Shown here: positions 1 to 13,568 of the stretch, one piece after another | Layout of the letters: every line of letters starts with the position of its first letter | How positions within the stretch are numbered: position 1 is the first letter of the stretch | Source: the human T2T-CHM13v2.0 reference genome, Homo sapiens | DNA length: 64,000 nucleotides | Assembly: GCF_009914755.1 (NCBI RefSeq) | Contig: NC_060930.1 | Direction: 5' to 3' (one strand) | Program-made: the position numbers and the translations under genes | Notes under the pieces: generated by a model | Databases searched by the model: none | What the model was told of the DNA's origin: nothing | What the model saw: only the letters and a program-made list of their open reading frames with translations

Positions 1-757
1 TTGCTGGACCCCCTTAGATGTGTTCTTTCTTTTATCTAGGTATTGGGCCTCAGGTTCAACTTCTGGGATGCAAGAAGCAACAGCAATCCCATAAGTATGA
101 GAGGCCCAGGAGCCAAGTGGTTTACTAAGTAGTCATCTCTTCTCAAGAAAACAGGCAAGAGCTTCTGTACTCACTACATCTGGAAAGACTATGAGTCTCC
201 CAGCCTCAACTGCAGCAAATATTTTGTTTACCTGGCCAACACCCTTCAGCTGTAGGGGGGCCAGTTTGATCAGCTAGCTGGTCCTTGCAGGGATGCTTAT
301 GGAGGGTACCATACCCAGTCTCTCACGGTTCACAGAATGCCTAAGGCCAAACGGCAGTCAGGAAGAAAGAACATTTAAGACAGAAAGAAGATGCAATAGA
401 GCCAAATGCTGCAAGAATTGCTTAAAAAAGCAATCGGAAAACTGAGAGAAAAAAATCCTTGCATTTTGGATGTAATTTATGGCTTTTTCCCATAGTGATG
501 TCATAAAATTTCAGAGAAAAAGCAAGGAATGAGAGTAAGGATATAGAAACTACTACTGTAATATGGACTCTTTTTAATGGAATTTCTGATAAAAATGATA
601 TGCAGGTATAAAAAATCCAGATAAGTAGATGTAGACACAGGGTCAGGGGTCAAGGGATGTTTTAAATTTCGTTAATGGGCAATCTTGAATGTGTTTCAGT
701 AGAGTATGAGGCAGGATCATCAGCTAAGAGAAATGAAAGTTCGCAATGGTGCAAGGG

Positions 758-1204
758 CAGTGATGTGCTGAAGCTTACAGGAGCTAATCGCTGAGTTTTC
801 AAGAATTTTGAGAGCTAGTTGTTAAACTTGGCTATTATTAAAATGTAAATTACATAAATTTATAGTTAAATTATATTAAAGTGAAGGTAATAAATACTCA
901 AGAGTCATGGTTTCCTAATTATTTTACTACCTTTCACTGTTAATTATACTCTTGAGATTATTTATATCTATTATGTCTGAGAACAGATACCAGGTTGTAT
1001 TTGGTGGAAAGGCCATATGAAGGTATGCTACTTACCACACGTTTCTTCCCCACTCTGCATCCAGTGATGTCACGTTAGTAGTTTGGAATCAGCCATGGTT
1101 GGAAGCATTTACAGTTTGAAAATCAGTAAATGCTACAAATTTGGGCTTTTTTGTTTGTGTTGTTTTCAAAGGGCTGTTGATTGAACATTTACTAGCACAC
1201 CACT
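758..1204. mobile_element. MER63-type hAT (Blackjack) DNA transposon relic
   Basis: Terminal inverted repeats CAGTGATGTGCTG ... TAGCACACCACT with an AT-rich interior resembling MER63. It interrupts L2-like sequence. Confidence 0.7.
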
Positions 1205-1850
1205 AAGTAAAGCTTTTGAGGGTGATGGTGAATATTTTGAGTGGCCACTCAGGAATAGGAGATCACTGTTCTGACAGTTGGCCACTGACTGATAATGGAA
1301 GGTCAATGCCACTTGGACCAGGCTGAAGTTAGTAAATACGATTGTCAAAGTAATGTATCGCACAGGCAAGCCAGGTGTGAAAATAGCAAAAGTTTTGGGT
1401 TGATTGAATCCTCTGTGTGCAGAGTCTGGGGTGGAAGAATAGAAGTAATTGAACTGTAACACCTTGAAGTCTCAGCCAGTTATACAGAGTAGTGAGTTCA
1501 AGAGGAAGCTAATGTATTGGGAGAAAGGGATGGTAGTCTGGAACTAGAAACTTTAATGAGGTGAAGCCCAGATGTAGCTGAAATGATCCAGAGGAGGAGT
1601 GAATATGACGCAGAATTGTAATCAGAGTGGGACTTTGGAATTTGAGATTTCAGATAGAGCCATTGCCAGACCCTGAGTGTGATGGTGATTATGAGTTTGC
1701 TCAAGTTTACCATAAGGGTAGATATGGTGGGATAAGAAGTTGTCAAGGGTCTTAAATTTGGATTGTTGGAAGAGTTGATCAAATGAGCCGAAGATACCAA
1801 GGATGATGGCAGGAGTTGGGGTAGTAAACTGAGGACAATTTAGGAGTTGG
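1205..1850 (-). mobile_element. L2 LINE ORF2 relic (probably continues at ~430-750)
   Basis: Purine-rich + strand. Minus ORF 1498-1800 has degenerate similarity to APE-endonuclease motifs (…SKLIIT…, …IPKSHSDY… vs TLDLIIT / IPLSDHH). Confidence 0.5.
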
Positions 1851-3269
1851 AGTGGAGAGCTTCACTGAGCTGGATCTAATCCCTCTGGAGGTTTTCTGTG
1901 TCTAAGAATATTTTTCAGCAAGAATGTCTTGTGTGGCATTACATAAGTAGGGCTACTTTATCAGCCACTATCACTCATAGGCAATAGCTGCTCTGGGTAT
2001 AGACAGTGTATTGGAATTTTACTGTAAAAATATTTTTAATGTTTTACAAAGTATAATTTGCTTAACACTCTCTATAATTTCTGATAAAACTGATATACTG
2101 TTGTGTTTATGGGTTGAGGACAGTGGCAGGATATCTTGCCTAAAGCATTATTTACTTTTTCTAACTCACTTGTTCCCTACTGCTTCAGGCCACTGCAGAG
2201 ATTTTTTTCTTTTTCTCTTTTGCATGTTCATAAACAACTAAGGCAATACCTTATTTATTTTTCTCTGTTGAATTATTAAGTGTTTTCAAGTTGTTGGTAC
2301 TGCAGCATATTTTCCAGAATTTATTTTAGTATTTATTATTGCTCACTTCTTTTACTATTCCCTCTAGATGCCATTTCCCTCTTCCACCTTTAGTAAGGGC
2401 ATCATATTGGACTCTGTAAAGCATTAGTTCTCAGTTTTGCCTTTCATTTTTGCAACAAAGAGCATATATAAAAATCATTTTGTCCTTTAGTATTGCATCT
2501 GCTTATAGCAGTTTAAGCCATTATTTTTCTTCCAAGGTTTTGAAAGTAGGCACTTAGCTCATATTTCTTAATGATGTGCTCTTCAAAATGTGGGTGACAT
2601 CATTGAACACATGTAATTGTAATAATACATTTCCAAAACCTTGCTGTCTGAATCTCTTGCTTGGTGCTACTCAGGGGAGATCAAAATTCAGCTGATAACA
2701 ACAGGTTATTCTCCTTCTACATTTTTTCATTCATTATCAATATAGCCATGGTTTTAACAGGAGTCAATGGCTTACCACACAGGATTGATCTGGAACCCTT
2801 TGATAGGTCAGTGGATGGATCAGGGACATCTATTCTTCAAATCTCATTAACAAAGAGTGTTTCTTACATTGGACTAGGCAAAGATGGAGGAGAAAGGCAT
2901 CCTTGAGGGAATGTGTGAGGTGTGTATGTGTGTGTGTGTGAATGTATGTATGAATTAGCAAGACAATCATTTACACACACACAAACACACAAAAACTCAG
3001 TGTCTCCAATCAAATTTCATTTTATTCTCTACCTGAAGATAAACACTTAAAATCGGTTGTTTAATCTCATATTTTTATGCAGGTTAGTTTAGTCTTTTAT
3101 CACTGGTATCTGAAAATGGTGGAGATTTTGATAAGCCATAAGGGGAAGAAGAAAGTAGTAATTTTAAAGTCCAGGCCAAGTCTGGCTGAGTACTTTGTGA
3201 AACTTGGGTATCAATAACTAAAGTACTTGGGGGGTGGAGAATGTGCTTCCATAATTATGGGAGGTTGTT

Positions 3270-3485
3270 TATATAGTGAAAGGAATCAGATTTGGTGTCC
3301 CACAGTCATGATTTTCAACTTTGTTCTGTGGTCTTTGGGAGCAATTTAACATTTCTGAATCTCAGATAGGATCCATAATTTGAGGATAATATCATATTAA
3401 CTGTTTTGGATATGATTATATGAGACAGTTTATTTAAAAATCTGACACTGTACCTAGTATAGAGTAAGTCTTCAACAAATATGGG
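3270..3485 (+). mobile_element. MIR SINE relic
   Basis: Degenerate MIR core (TTTAACATTTCTGAATCTCAG) and 3' end (CTGTACCTAGTATAGAGTAAGTCTTCAACAAAT). Confidence 0.55.
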
Positions 3486-4436
3486 TTCCCATGTCTCTAA
3501 CCCTAGATAATTTATTTTACAATCATCTATCAAGGTGCTAAAAAGTTACAGTATCTATATATGCAATTTCTAAAATTTGAATTTGGTTTTCAATATACTA
3601 CCTAACTAAAAAGTCTTGAAACTTGAAATAAGTGGTTATTATTTATATTTCAGATTTCTTAAAAGCACATGTGAGATTTAAGAAATGCCCACGTAGAAAA
3701 CAATAAACTATTAGTGGAAAAGGAAATTTACATAAATATCAGTCTTCTAATATTCTAGGGGTAATCACCATCATAGCTGAATCGGTAATGCATTTCTATA
3801 TGAAGGATTTGCTGCTTTATTCTTACCTCTAGGAAAAATATTCTGTTATCTCCACCAGATGATTAAACTATAGGTTTTTATTTTTTTAATCTTAGATTTT
3901 TGAAGTTATAAAGTGTTTTACAGCCTTGAGATTACCACTTTTAAACTTAATAACTTTAAAACCTGAAACTATTATTGATCACACTAAATATTTTACTTTC
4001 TACTCTTGCATTGTTCTCTGCTAAATTAAAATCTTAATGGGGCATAATAAAATATTTCTTCCTCTTATTTCAAAGACCTGCTAAGATATCATGTCCTGTT
4101 GGTCAGTGTATTTAATGTTACTATGCATGATTTATTATACATGTTATATTTTCTCTTATGGCTTTTCTTTCCATTAAGTAATAATTTGATATTAAAAATT
4201 GTTATCAAAGTTTACATATAAATTGTGACACTAAGACTTTTTGAGAAATAGGGAAAATGAGTTTATTAACTTTTCAGTTAAAGTAAATCTTAATGAAAAC
4301 TTTTGTGTTTCATGTTATTTTTATTCAAAAAATAAAAATGAATCATATTTTATAGGAAAATTGACTGTGTTCTCTATATAACTGGCCAGTAGAAACTAGA
4401 CCTATTTGTTTTCATTTAAATGTCTTGCACTGATAA

Positions 4437-5160
<724 letters not shown>

Positions 5161-6293
5161 GATGTGTTCACAAATGCTAATTTTTAAGTAGAAAAAAAAA
5201 ATTGCTGATTTTCCCCAAATAAAAACAACAATAAAAAGCAACTGGCTAAAATTACTTTTAAAAATGTGAAGGAATCACATTATACCTTTGCTTAAATGTT
5301 ATTAGTTTATGTTTGTGGTGTTTTAGGAAGTCTAAGCTTCTTTAACAGAAAACAGTCTTTTACAAAAGTATCTAATCCTATTCTAGTGTTGGTTGCTAGG
5401 AGAACATTTGATGCAAATTAATCAGTAAACATCTAGCAGCCAGCTACCTGAGGAGAAGGGAAGTGGGAGAGACTTAGAAGCTGGCCAGCAGGGAAACTGC
5501 TGATGGGAAAATGACTGTCAAGGGTTTTTTATACATACCAGCGGCATCACACTGGGATTCAATTTTTTTTTTCTCTCTATCATTCCTGTAGGTAAGGAGG
5601 AGAAAAGAAAGAAGGAAAAATTGGAAAGATAAATGGGGTCTTTCCAGTGAAGGTGAGCTTGATTTTTGTCTGTTGAACTTTGGCAAGACAGCAAGGGTTG
5701 GATTAATTAATGATTAATAACAAGTAAAAATTAGTGAGATTGGAGCAGGGTACCTAATACTACCTAGATATTTGTATTTAAATTTTATTATGCATCATAT
5801 ATCCTATTTGAAAATAATGTTTTCATAATCAACCAAAACAACAAAACAGTTTAGGTGTGAGCAACAGTCTTCCTTGCCCTAAAATGTCATCTAGGAGTAG
5901 ATTCTAAGATGTTGTAGGAAGACTTAAGGATACATTCCTGGCCATTTTAAAATTAAAATTATGCTTCAAATGTCAATAAAATGAGAATATAATTGCTTTT
6001 GTAAATTTTAGTGGAATTTTGGGGTACTCAAAAAAGGATTTAGGTCATTGGTCTCACATCTATGGAAGCAAAGTGTCAGTCCTGGTAGAGCCGGAGAACT
6101 TTGCAGAACAGGAAACAGTTACGTTGGTTTGCTGGACCTGGGGTCTTCCTTAATTCCTAATTTAAGTCCTCTCAAACAGTTTTTTTTTTTTTTTTAACTA
6201 GTGCGGAAAATTAAAAGGTGGAATTCAGTTTATAGAATATTAGTTTGTAATGAATTTAGGAGGACACAAATACTTTATGTTTAGACATAAATA

Positions 6294-6635
6294 CAGTTGT
6301 CTCTTCAGATCTGTGTGCAATGTGTCCATGGATTCAACCAACCCTGAATCAAAAATATTTGGGAAAAAAAAAGAATAACTGCATCTGTACTGAACATATA
6401 CAGACTTTTTTCTTGTTATTATTCCTTAAACAATACAGCATTACTATTTACATAGCATTTATATTGCATTAGGTATCATAAGTAATCTAGAGATGATTCA
6501 AAGGAACAGAAAGATCTGCATAGGTTCCATGCAAATCTGATACCATTTTAGATAAAGGACTTGAGTATCCGAGGATTTTTGTATCCACAAGGGTTTCTGG
6601 AACCAATCTCCCACAAATACTGATAGATGACAATG
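6294..6635 (-). mobile_element. MER2 (TcMar-Tigger MITE)
   Basis: TA-CAGTTG start, ~340 bp, with characteristic AAGTAATCTAGAGATGATT, AAAGGACTTGAGTATCC and CTGGAACCAATCTCCCAC. Confidence 0.85.
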
Positions 6636-8399
6636 TCTATGAAAATACATAAACACAGAAATATCCTACAAATTACAAGAGAAATAAAAGAATAAAAATG
6701 GTTTTTAATTGTACAAAAACCCATTTAAATGTTTTTTAAAAAGAGGACAAAATTTGGTGTGGTTAGGGAGTTTATTATTTTTGTGTTGAAAATAAATGTT
6801 TTTAACTTTCCTTTAATAAGGAAGTTAGGTTTATTTATATAGCTTATCTTTTAAGTGAGTTTACTTACACATATTTCAGTTACAAAATGTATTTCAATTT
6901 TAATTCAAAGTAAAAAGTAATGAGTTCTCTTAAGAATTCTGCCATATGTGATGTTTGATCTAAGTCCTAAGATATTGACTAAAGATTACTTATTTTCTTT
7001 ATTTTTGTATAAAATGGTAATTTCTTCAATAAGTTTAATTTTATGCTGCATTTAAAAATTAACTGGCAATAACTTATGCAAAATATAGTCTCATTTCCTT
7101 TCAGTATTTTTTAAGTAAGGCTCAGGAGAAATAAATAAATCTACTAATATGTAGACCACAGAACTATATAACCAATATGGGTGCTAGGGGCTAAGAAGCT
7201 CAAAGTGAGATATTAGGCCCCTGACCTCAAGGAGATTACCATTTAGCTTTACAGTTAAAATTAAAACAAACACATGAAACAGTTAGTGAAAATGTTACCT
7301 TTTTGGTACAGAGCATGCTTTAGAGGAGTTTGGAAACAAGAGTGTTTGGAAGCTTCTATAGAAACCACTCTTTTGAGGGGAGGAACTGAATGGTTGCTGA
7401 AAAATGAGGAGACGTTGTAAACAGCTGTGTTGCCTTAAAGTTATAATATGTTTTATAATTCAGTATTAAGGAAGCAACTGATACCAACTAATTTGCCTTT
7501 GGATATTGCAAATGATATTCAGCTTATCCATTTCACCATGGTATGTTAACACAGAAAATATTCACACATAGATAGTTCTACATAAGAAAAATTAACTAGA
7601 TAATGATTCTATATGGTTAATAATAATATAATTATTATATATTAAAATATATTAATTTTATATGTAGCAAGGTCTAGAGTTGTGAAAATGCTATCTGTAA
7701 AGACACAGTTTGTAATAAAAGATAATTTAATTAAGGGTTTTAAAATCACCCTCTATTAAGTTGCTGTTTACCTAAATTGATTATTTTCTTCAAAATAAAC
7801 AATGCTATATTGTTTTCAGACAGCTGTATGAAAAGTTACAGAGAATGGAAAAAGCATAACATCTAAGCAAAAAATAAAACAGAAATATTGAACTAAATTA
7901 TTCAATATCAATATATTAATTTCCTGAATATACAATGGATCTGCACATACAATACAAGTGGACTATTGCTTTTACCTCTTCTTTTTCTAAGGAAAATGTA
8001 GACCACTTTGGTGCACTAAATTGTCTTATATTTAATCATATGGCCCATATTGAGTAGTTATAATTTGGCTATAATAATAAATTATTATATAAAAATTGCC
8101 CATTTAAATGTTTATAATAACCATATAAAGCTCATCTTTACTTTAGTGCAGACTTCTCTCCCATATGCTGGTTTACCTCATAGGCATTGACAAATCTTTT
8201 TAAACCTGAACTCCCCTGTGAGAGCTTTTTAAACCTGAACACACTGTGAGACCACAGTGTGTCTCACAGTGGTCAGTAAGATCACATTTTATCCAGGTTT
8301 TCAAGACAGACTCTGGGGCATCAGGTTTAACTATCATCTCCAAGGCATTTGATATCCAACTTCTATTGCATATATTCTTTGTGCTCTTCCTATCAAGAC

Positions 8400-8932
8400 T
8401 GTGATGGTTAATTTTATGTGTTAACTTGATTGAGCCATGAGGCAGACTGACATTTGGTCAAACATTATTCTGAGTGTGTCTGTGAGAGTGTTTCTGGATG
8501 AGATTAACATCTGAGTTGGTAGACTGAGTAAAAGAGATTGTCCTCCCTAATGTGGGCAGGTCGATTCAATCAGCAGGAAACCTGAACAGAACAAAATAGC
8601 TTGCCCACCCTCAAGTAACTTGGAATTCCTCCTGCCTTTCTTAGCTGTGACATTGTTCTTTTACCTGCATTTAGACTTGAATGGAAGCATCCACTCATCC
8701 TGTGTTTTTAGCCTCCAGGCCTCCAGACTGGAACTTATACCACTGATTCTTCTGAATCTTAGGCCTTTGGACTTGGACTGGAACTAAACCATCAGCTCTT
8801 CTTGTTCTACCACTTGCAGACTGTATGTCTTGGGACATGTCAGCCTCTGTAATCACGTGAGCCAATTCCTTTTAATAAATATCTTTATATATGCATCCTA
8901 TTGGTTCTATTTCTCTGGATAAATCTAATACA
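8400..8932 (+). mobile_element. MLT2-family (ERVL) solo LTR
   Basis: Starts TGTGATGGTTAATTTTATGTG, ends CCTATTGGTTCTATTTCTCTGG…CTAATACA, with AATAAA near 8874. Confidence 0.88.
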
Positions 8933-8939
8933 AAATCTT

Positions 8940-9560
8940 TGGCAATTCTGGATTTTGTAATAATCTCTTAATTGCTCTCTAGTTTTATGCCCTTCCCATG
9001 CATCCTCTACACACCTGTAACAGTTATATCTCTTGAATGCAAAACTCTTTAGGTCTTTCCCTTGCTTAAAATTCCTCCTTGGCACCTCATCCATTTTAGG
9101 ATAAAACACAACTGCTAACTTATCAAACAAAGTACCTTAATGATTTAGACCAAACTTGTTGGCCCTAGGTTTTTCCTTCCTTCTAGCAAAACTGAAAAAG
9201 TTCTAGTTTCCTGAACCAAGCTTCCTTGAGCCCCCGTATATTTGCACTACTCACTTTACCTATAAGGTTATTTCTCCTATTCTCCCATTGTCCACTTGTC
9301 TAACCCCTATTCTTCCTTAACACTTGGTTTGTGTTTTATTTTGACCTAGAAGCCACCGTTTAGTTTCTTCTTCTTCCTTCTTTTAAATTTCCTCTTACAG
9401 TATGGTTGTTAACAGTTGATTTTTCACATCTATATTTCAAACAAAATGATAAAATCCCTGAGGAGGGGAATCATATAAAGTAATTTTACTAAGTGCTTAG
9501 CAGAGGGCATATAGTAGGTATTCACTAAAGCTCTGCTGAATACGTGAATAAATGAACCTT
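8940..9560 (+). mobile_element. L2 3' relic
   Basis: Pyrimidine-rich body ending GTGCTTAGCAGAGGGCATATAGTAGGTATTCACTAAA…TGAATAAATGAA. Confidence 0.6.
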
Positions 9561-9679
9561 ATTAATATCAATTAAATTTACTTTAAAAAACATGGTTTCA
9601 TATTTAAAACATTAAAAGTTTATTTCAGAAATTTATTTAATTATGAATTATTAACTTCTATTTTTAATATTCTTTATTT

Positions 9680-10435
<756 letters not shown>

Positions 10436-11666
10436 ATATAGAGTCTTCCCCCACAGTGTGACTTAATTTAATAATCCAACATGATACCCAGTAACTTTAC
10501 CATTGAGGTCATATGTTGGGCTCATCAAACATATTAAATGTGTCAATAATTCTACAATAGGCCAAGCCATATAATCACAGGAAATCTAGTATCTTTTTAA
10601 GAGACTAAAAGCATCTTATAGCTTTAAAGTGCTTTTCATTTGAAAAGATGGTTTAAATTAATTATCTAATTTGATTATCTCACTTATAAATAGTTTACTG
10701 GACAAACAGTAGAAATGCTGAAAATATACAGTTTTAAAAAGCTCATTTCAATTTTGTTAAAAATTTTAAAAATAATTTAAATTAAAATGTGTTCTTACTA
10801 CAAATAATCCAATGTTTTCATCAATGCTACTTAGGAATATAATATTACCCCAACTCAGTTGTCAGTAAAAATGACAATTACAGTGCTTGGTGCCTACATG
10901 ATTCCCTGGTGGTACCTTAGGGAGCTGAGTGACTCAAGGCAGCCAGTGCATCTTGTAGCACCACTGGATGTGCTCCACTCACACTCTTTTGCCCAATGTA
11001 AAACTAAATGTAAAACAGAAAAATGACATTCCCTTTAGTGTTAGAAGCAGTATGTATAAGCCTATGTAGTGCAAAAAGTGTTTTCAGATGTGTTCTGTAG
11101 ATACTGCATTTCAGTCTCTGCCACGTGGGAGTGCTTCTAGAGATTTTCATTGTCTTTTCCAGAAGGAAAGCACTAAATGCCACCTTTTTTTCTGCACAGT
11201 TGTTATGCTTCTCAGTGTCTAATTCCCAGGAAACTGCAGAAACACCAACAGTATCTGTCCCATGATATAGTTTGGTGGGACAGAATTTATTCTGCCCTTT
11301 TGCCATTTTGATAACGGATATAAATATAATATATACGCAGGATTTTAAAATGGTGTAGGAGATGGATACATTTTTATGATTTGACACTATTGACAATGAA
11401 GAAATTTTGTTTCTCGGAAATTCATGCAAACTACTGCAGTCTTGAAAGTTCTCAGATTCTAGAGGTCAAATTATCTTATACATTTTAGGTAAAAGGGCTG
11501 ATTAGGTTGCCCCTGAGGGCTAGTATTCCTGAAAGCAACATTTAGAAGGTTTAAAATTCAAGATGCTTCTTGCAGAAACAACTGAGTTTTCTGAGAGCTT
11601 CTTCAGCCTCATGTTATGCAGGTAGAGTGCACTTGAAGAATACCCCTGAACAGATTCTTTCATGGT

Positions 11667-11668
<2 letters not shown>

Positions 11669-11698
<30 letters not shown>
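11669..11698 (+). repeat. T30 homopolymer
   Basis: Read directly. Confidence 0.95.
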
Positions 11699-11702
<4 letters not shown>

Positions 11703-13332
11703 CAGTGCCTGTATATATCTGGTAGGATACTCAAAAGACACTCCTTTTAAGTATGTCATTTAAATTTGATAAAACTACACAAAGAGATTGGTCTCAGGAC
11801 TGTATTGATGTACATAGTATTTTTGTTATATAACTAGTACTATGTCCATATTAAAGTAATAGAACAGAGATGGCAGAAACAGAAAGGGAATTTAATGCAT
11901 AAGCTCTGTACCTTGTTAACTTCACGTATAAATTGAAACTCTGTAGTGTCCTGAAAAGTCTCAGATGCAAATTCAAATTTAATAACTGAATTTTCCCCCA
12001 GGCCCTGTTAATTTCACAAGGAAAAATTGCAGCATACATTAGACAACTGTATACACACAGTGACAATTTTTACAAGTCTATGAGCAATTCCGTTCTTATT
12101 GTAATTTAAACAACCTATTAATTAGCTAATGAAAGTATATTATTGACAATGGATTCTATCTCCTGTAATCAGACTCAAACTGGAAGTGTCTCAAGGGAGA
12201 GTGAGGCATGGAGGAAGAATTCAAAGAGTGTTTCAGGTTAGTAACAGTCAGAGGTGATTTTTAAGTGTTTACTGCACCTCCTTCTAACACATACACACAA
12301 AGTACTTATCAGAATGGTTACCCATCTAGTCAGACTGGCTGCCAACAAGTCTCAGTACATTTGGCTCATTATTGGTTCTGCTATCAATGGGTATCTCTTC
12401 CTCAAAAGAAAAACTTAAGTAAATAGCATTTAAATATTATCAGAAGATAGGAAGGGAAAAGTTTATTTTCACATCAAATCATGCACAGTTTCTGGATGCT
12501 GACATCTACTCTTTATTACATCAGACATCCAGTGGTAAAGGTTTCATCCAATGGGTCTATTCATCATCGTCCTTTGGTGAAAGTGTTTCTGTAATCCTCA
12601 TTGTAGGCTGCTCTTAACAGACCTTTCATCGCCCTCTATGTTTGGCCCATCGATTGCCTAGTCTAGTACCATGCCATAGTCTATAAAACTCTTTAGAAAT
12701 GATTTTTTTGACAAAGAGAAGTATGGGAATTTCACTCCAAATGTGGTTGGGTAATACAGTGCAAGGTCCTATAGCAATAAAAAGTCAGTTGGTTTCAGAT
12801 TGTCTTACAGAATCTAACCCAGAGTAAGTGATTAGTTTGTTGAATGGAGGCATCATCTGTGGAAAACCAGAGTGTGCTAGACAGCCTTTGATTCTTTTCT
12901 AAGAGAAACTCACTATTTAAGATGTTTTCTTTAAGACTTCGTTGACTAGACTAGAAACACGTATGCCTCACTACTCAGGGCAAATTCTTTCTAGCCTAAG
13001 TGTCTTGCCACCTCTCCTTAGAAGTGGGTGGATTGCTCTTTCCAAATCTTTGCTTTTGATATAAGAAGCAATGGAGATAAGAAATCAAAAATAAACATTA
13101 GAAATATACCTAAATGTAAAACAAAAACTAAATACCCAAATAAGAGACAAAAGCTCCCTCAGCTATGAGATATGACTCTATTTTCTGGAGCTTACAAGAG
13201 AACTAGTTTCATTTAGCATTTCAGTATGTTTATTCACTTTTAAAAATTATGTCATCTTGCAGAGAATTTGTGTGATAATGTCTGTTTTAACATCATGCAA
13301 CCGTTAGTTCACAGTTCACAAAATTTCTAGAA

Positions 13333-13568
13333 TAGAGATCAGTAATTTTTGTCTGTAAAGAGCCAGGTAGAATATCTTTTGAGCATTGTGGGACAGAGAG
13401 TATTTGTGGCAACTACTGAGTATTGCCTTTGTAGTCTAAGAGTAGCCAATATGAAAAAGAATGACAATATGCAAAAGAATGGGTGTAGCTGTGTTCCAAT
13501 AAACTATACTTTATAAACACAGACTGTAGGCCAGATTTATTTTGGACGTCATTGTTTGCAGACCCAGA
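13333..13568. mobile_element. MER58A (hAT-Charlie MITE)
   Basis: TCTGTAAAGAGCCAGGTAG, GCAACTACTGAG and GCTGTGTTCCAATAAA. TCTAGAA lies on both flanks. Confidence 0.82.

Noticed and set aside
8242-8271. Three RAG heptamers (CACAGTG/CACTGTG) as cryptic RSSs
   Set aside because: No nonamer match where I checked 12/23-bp spacing, and the multiplicity is explained by the local inverted duplication.
11004-11429. 141-aa minus-strand ORF
   Set aside because: Non-ATG (TTG) start, no recognisable domain, and a composition typical of random AT-rich DNA.
11669-11705. T30 (and T25 at 53539-53563) as processed-pseudogene tails
   Set aside because: No TSD or recognisable retrocopy body is adjacent.
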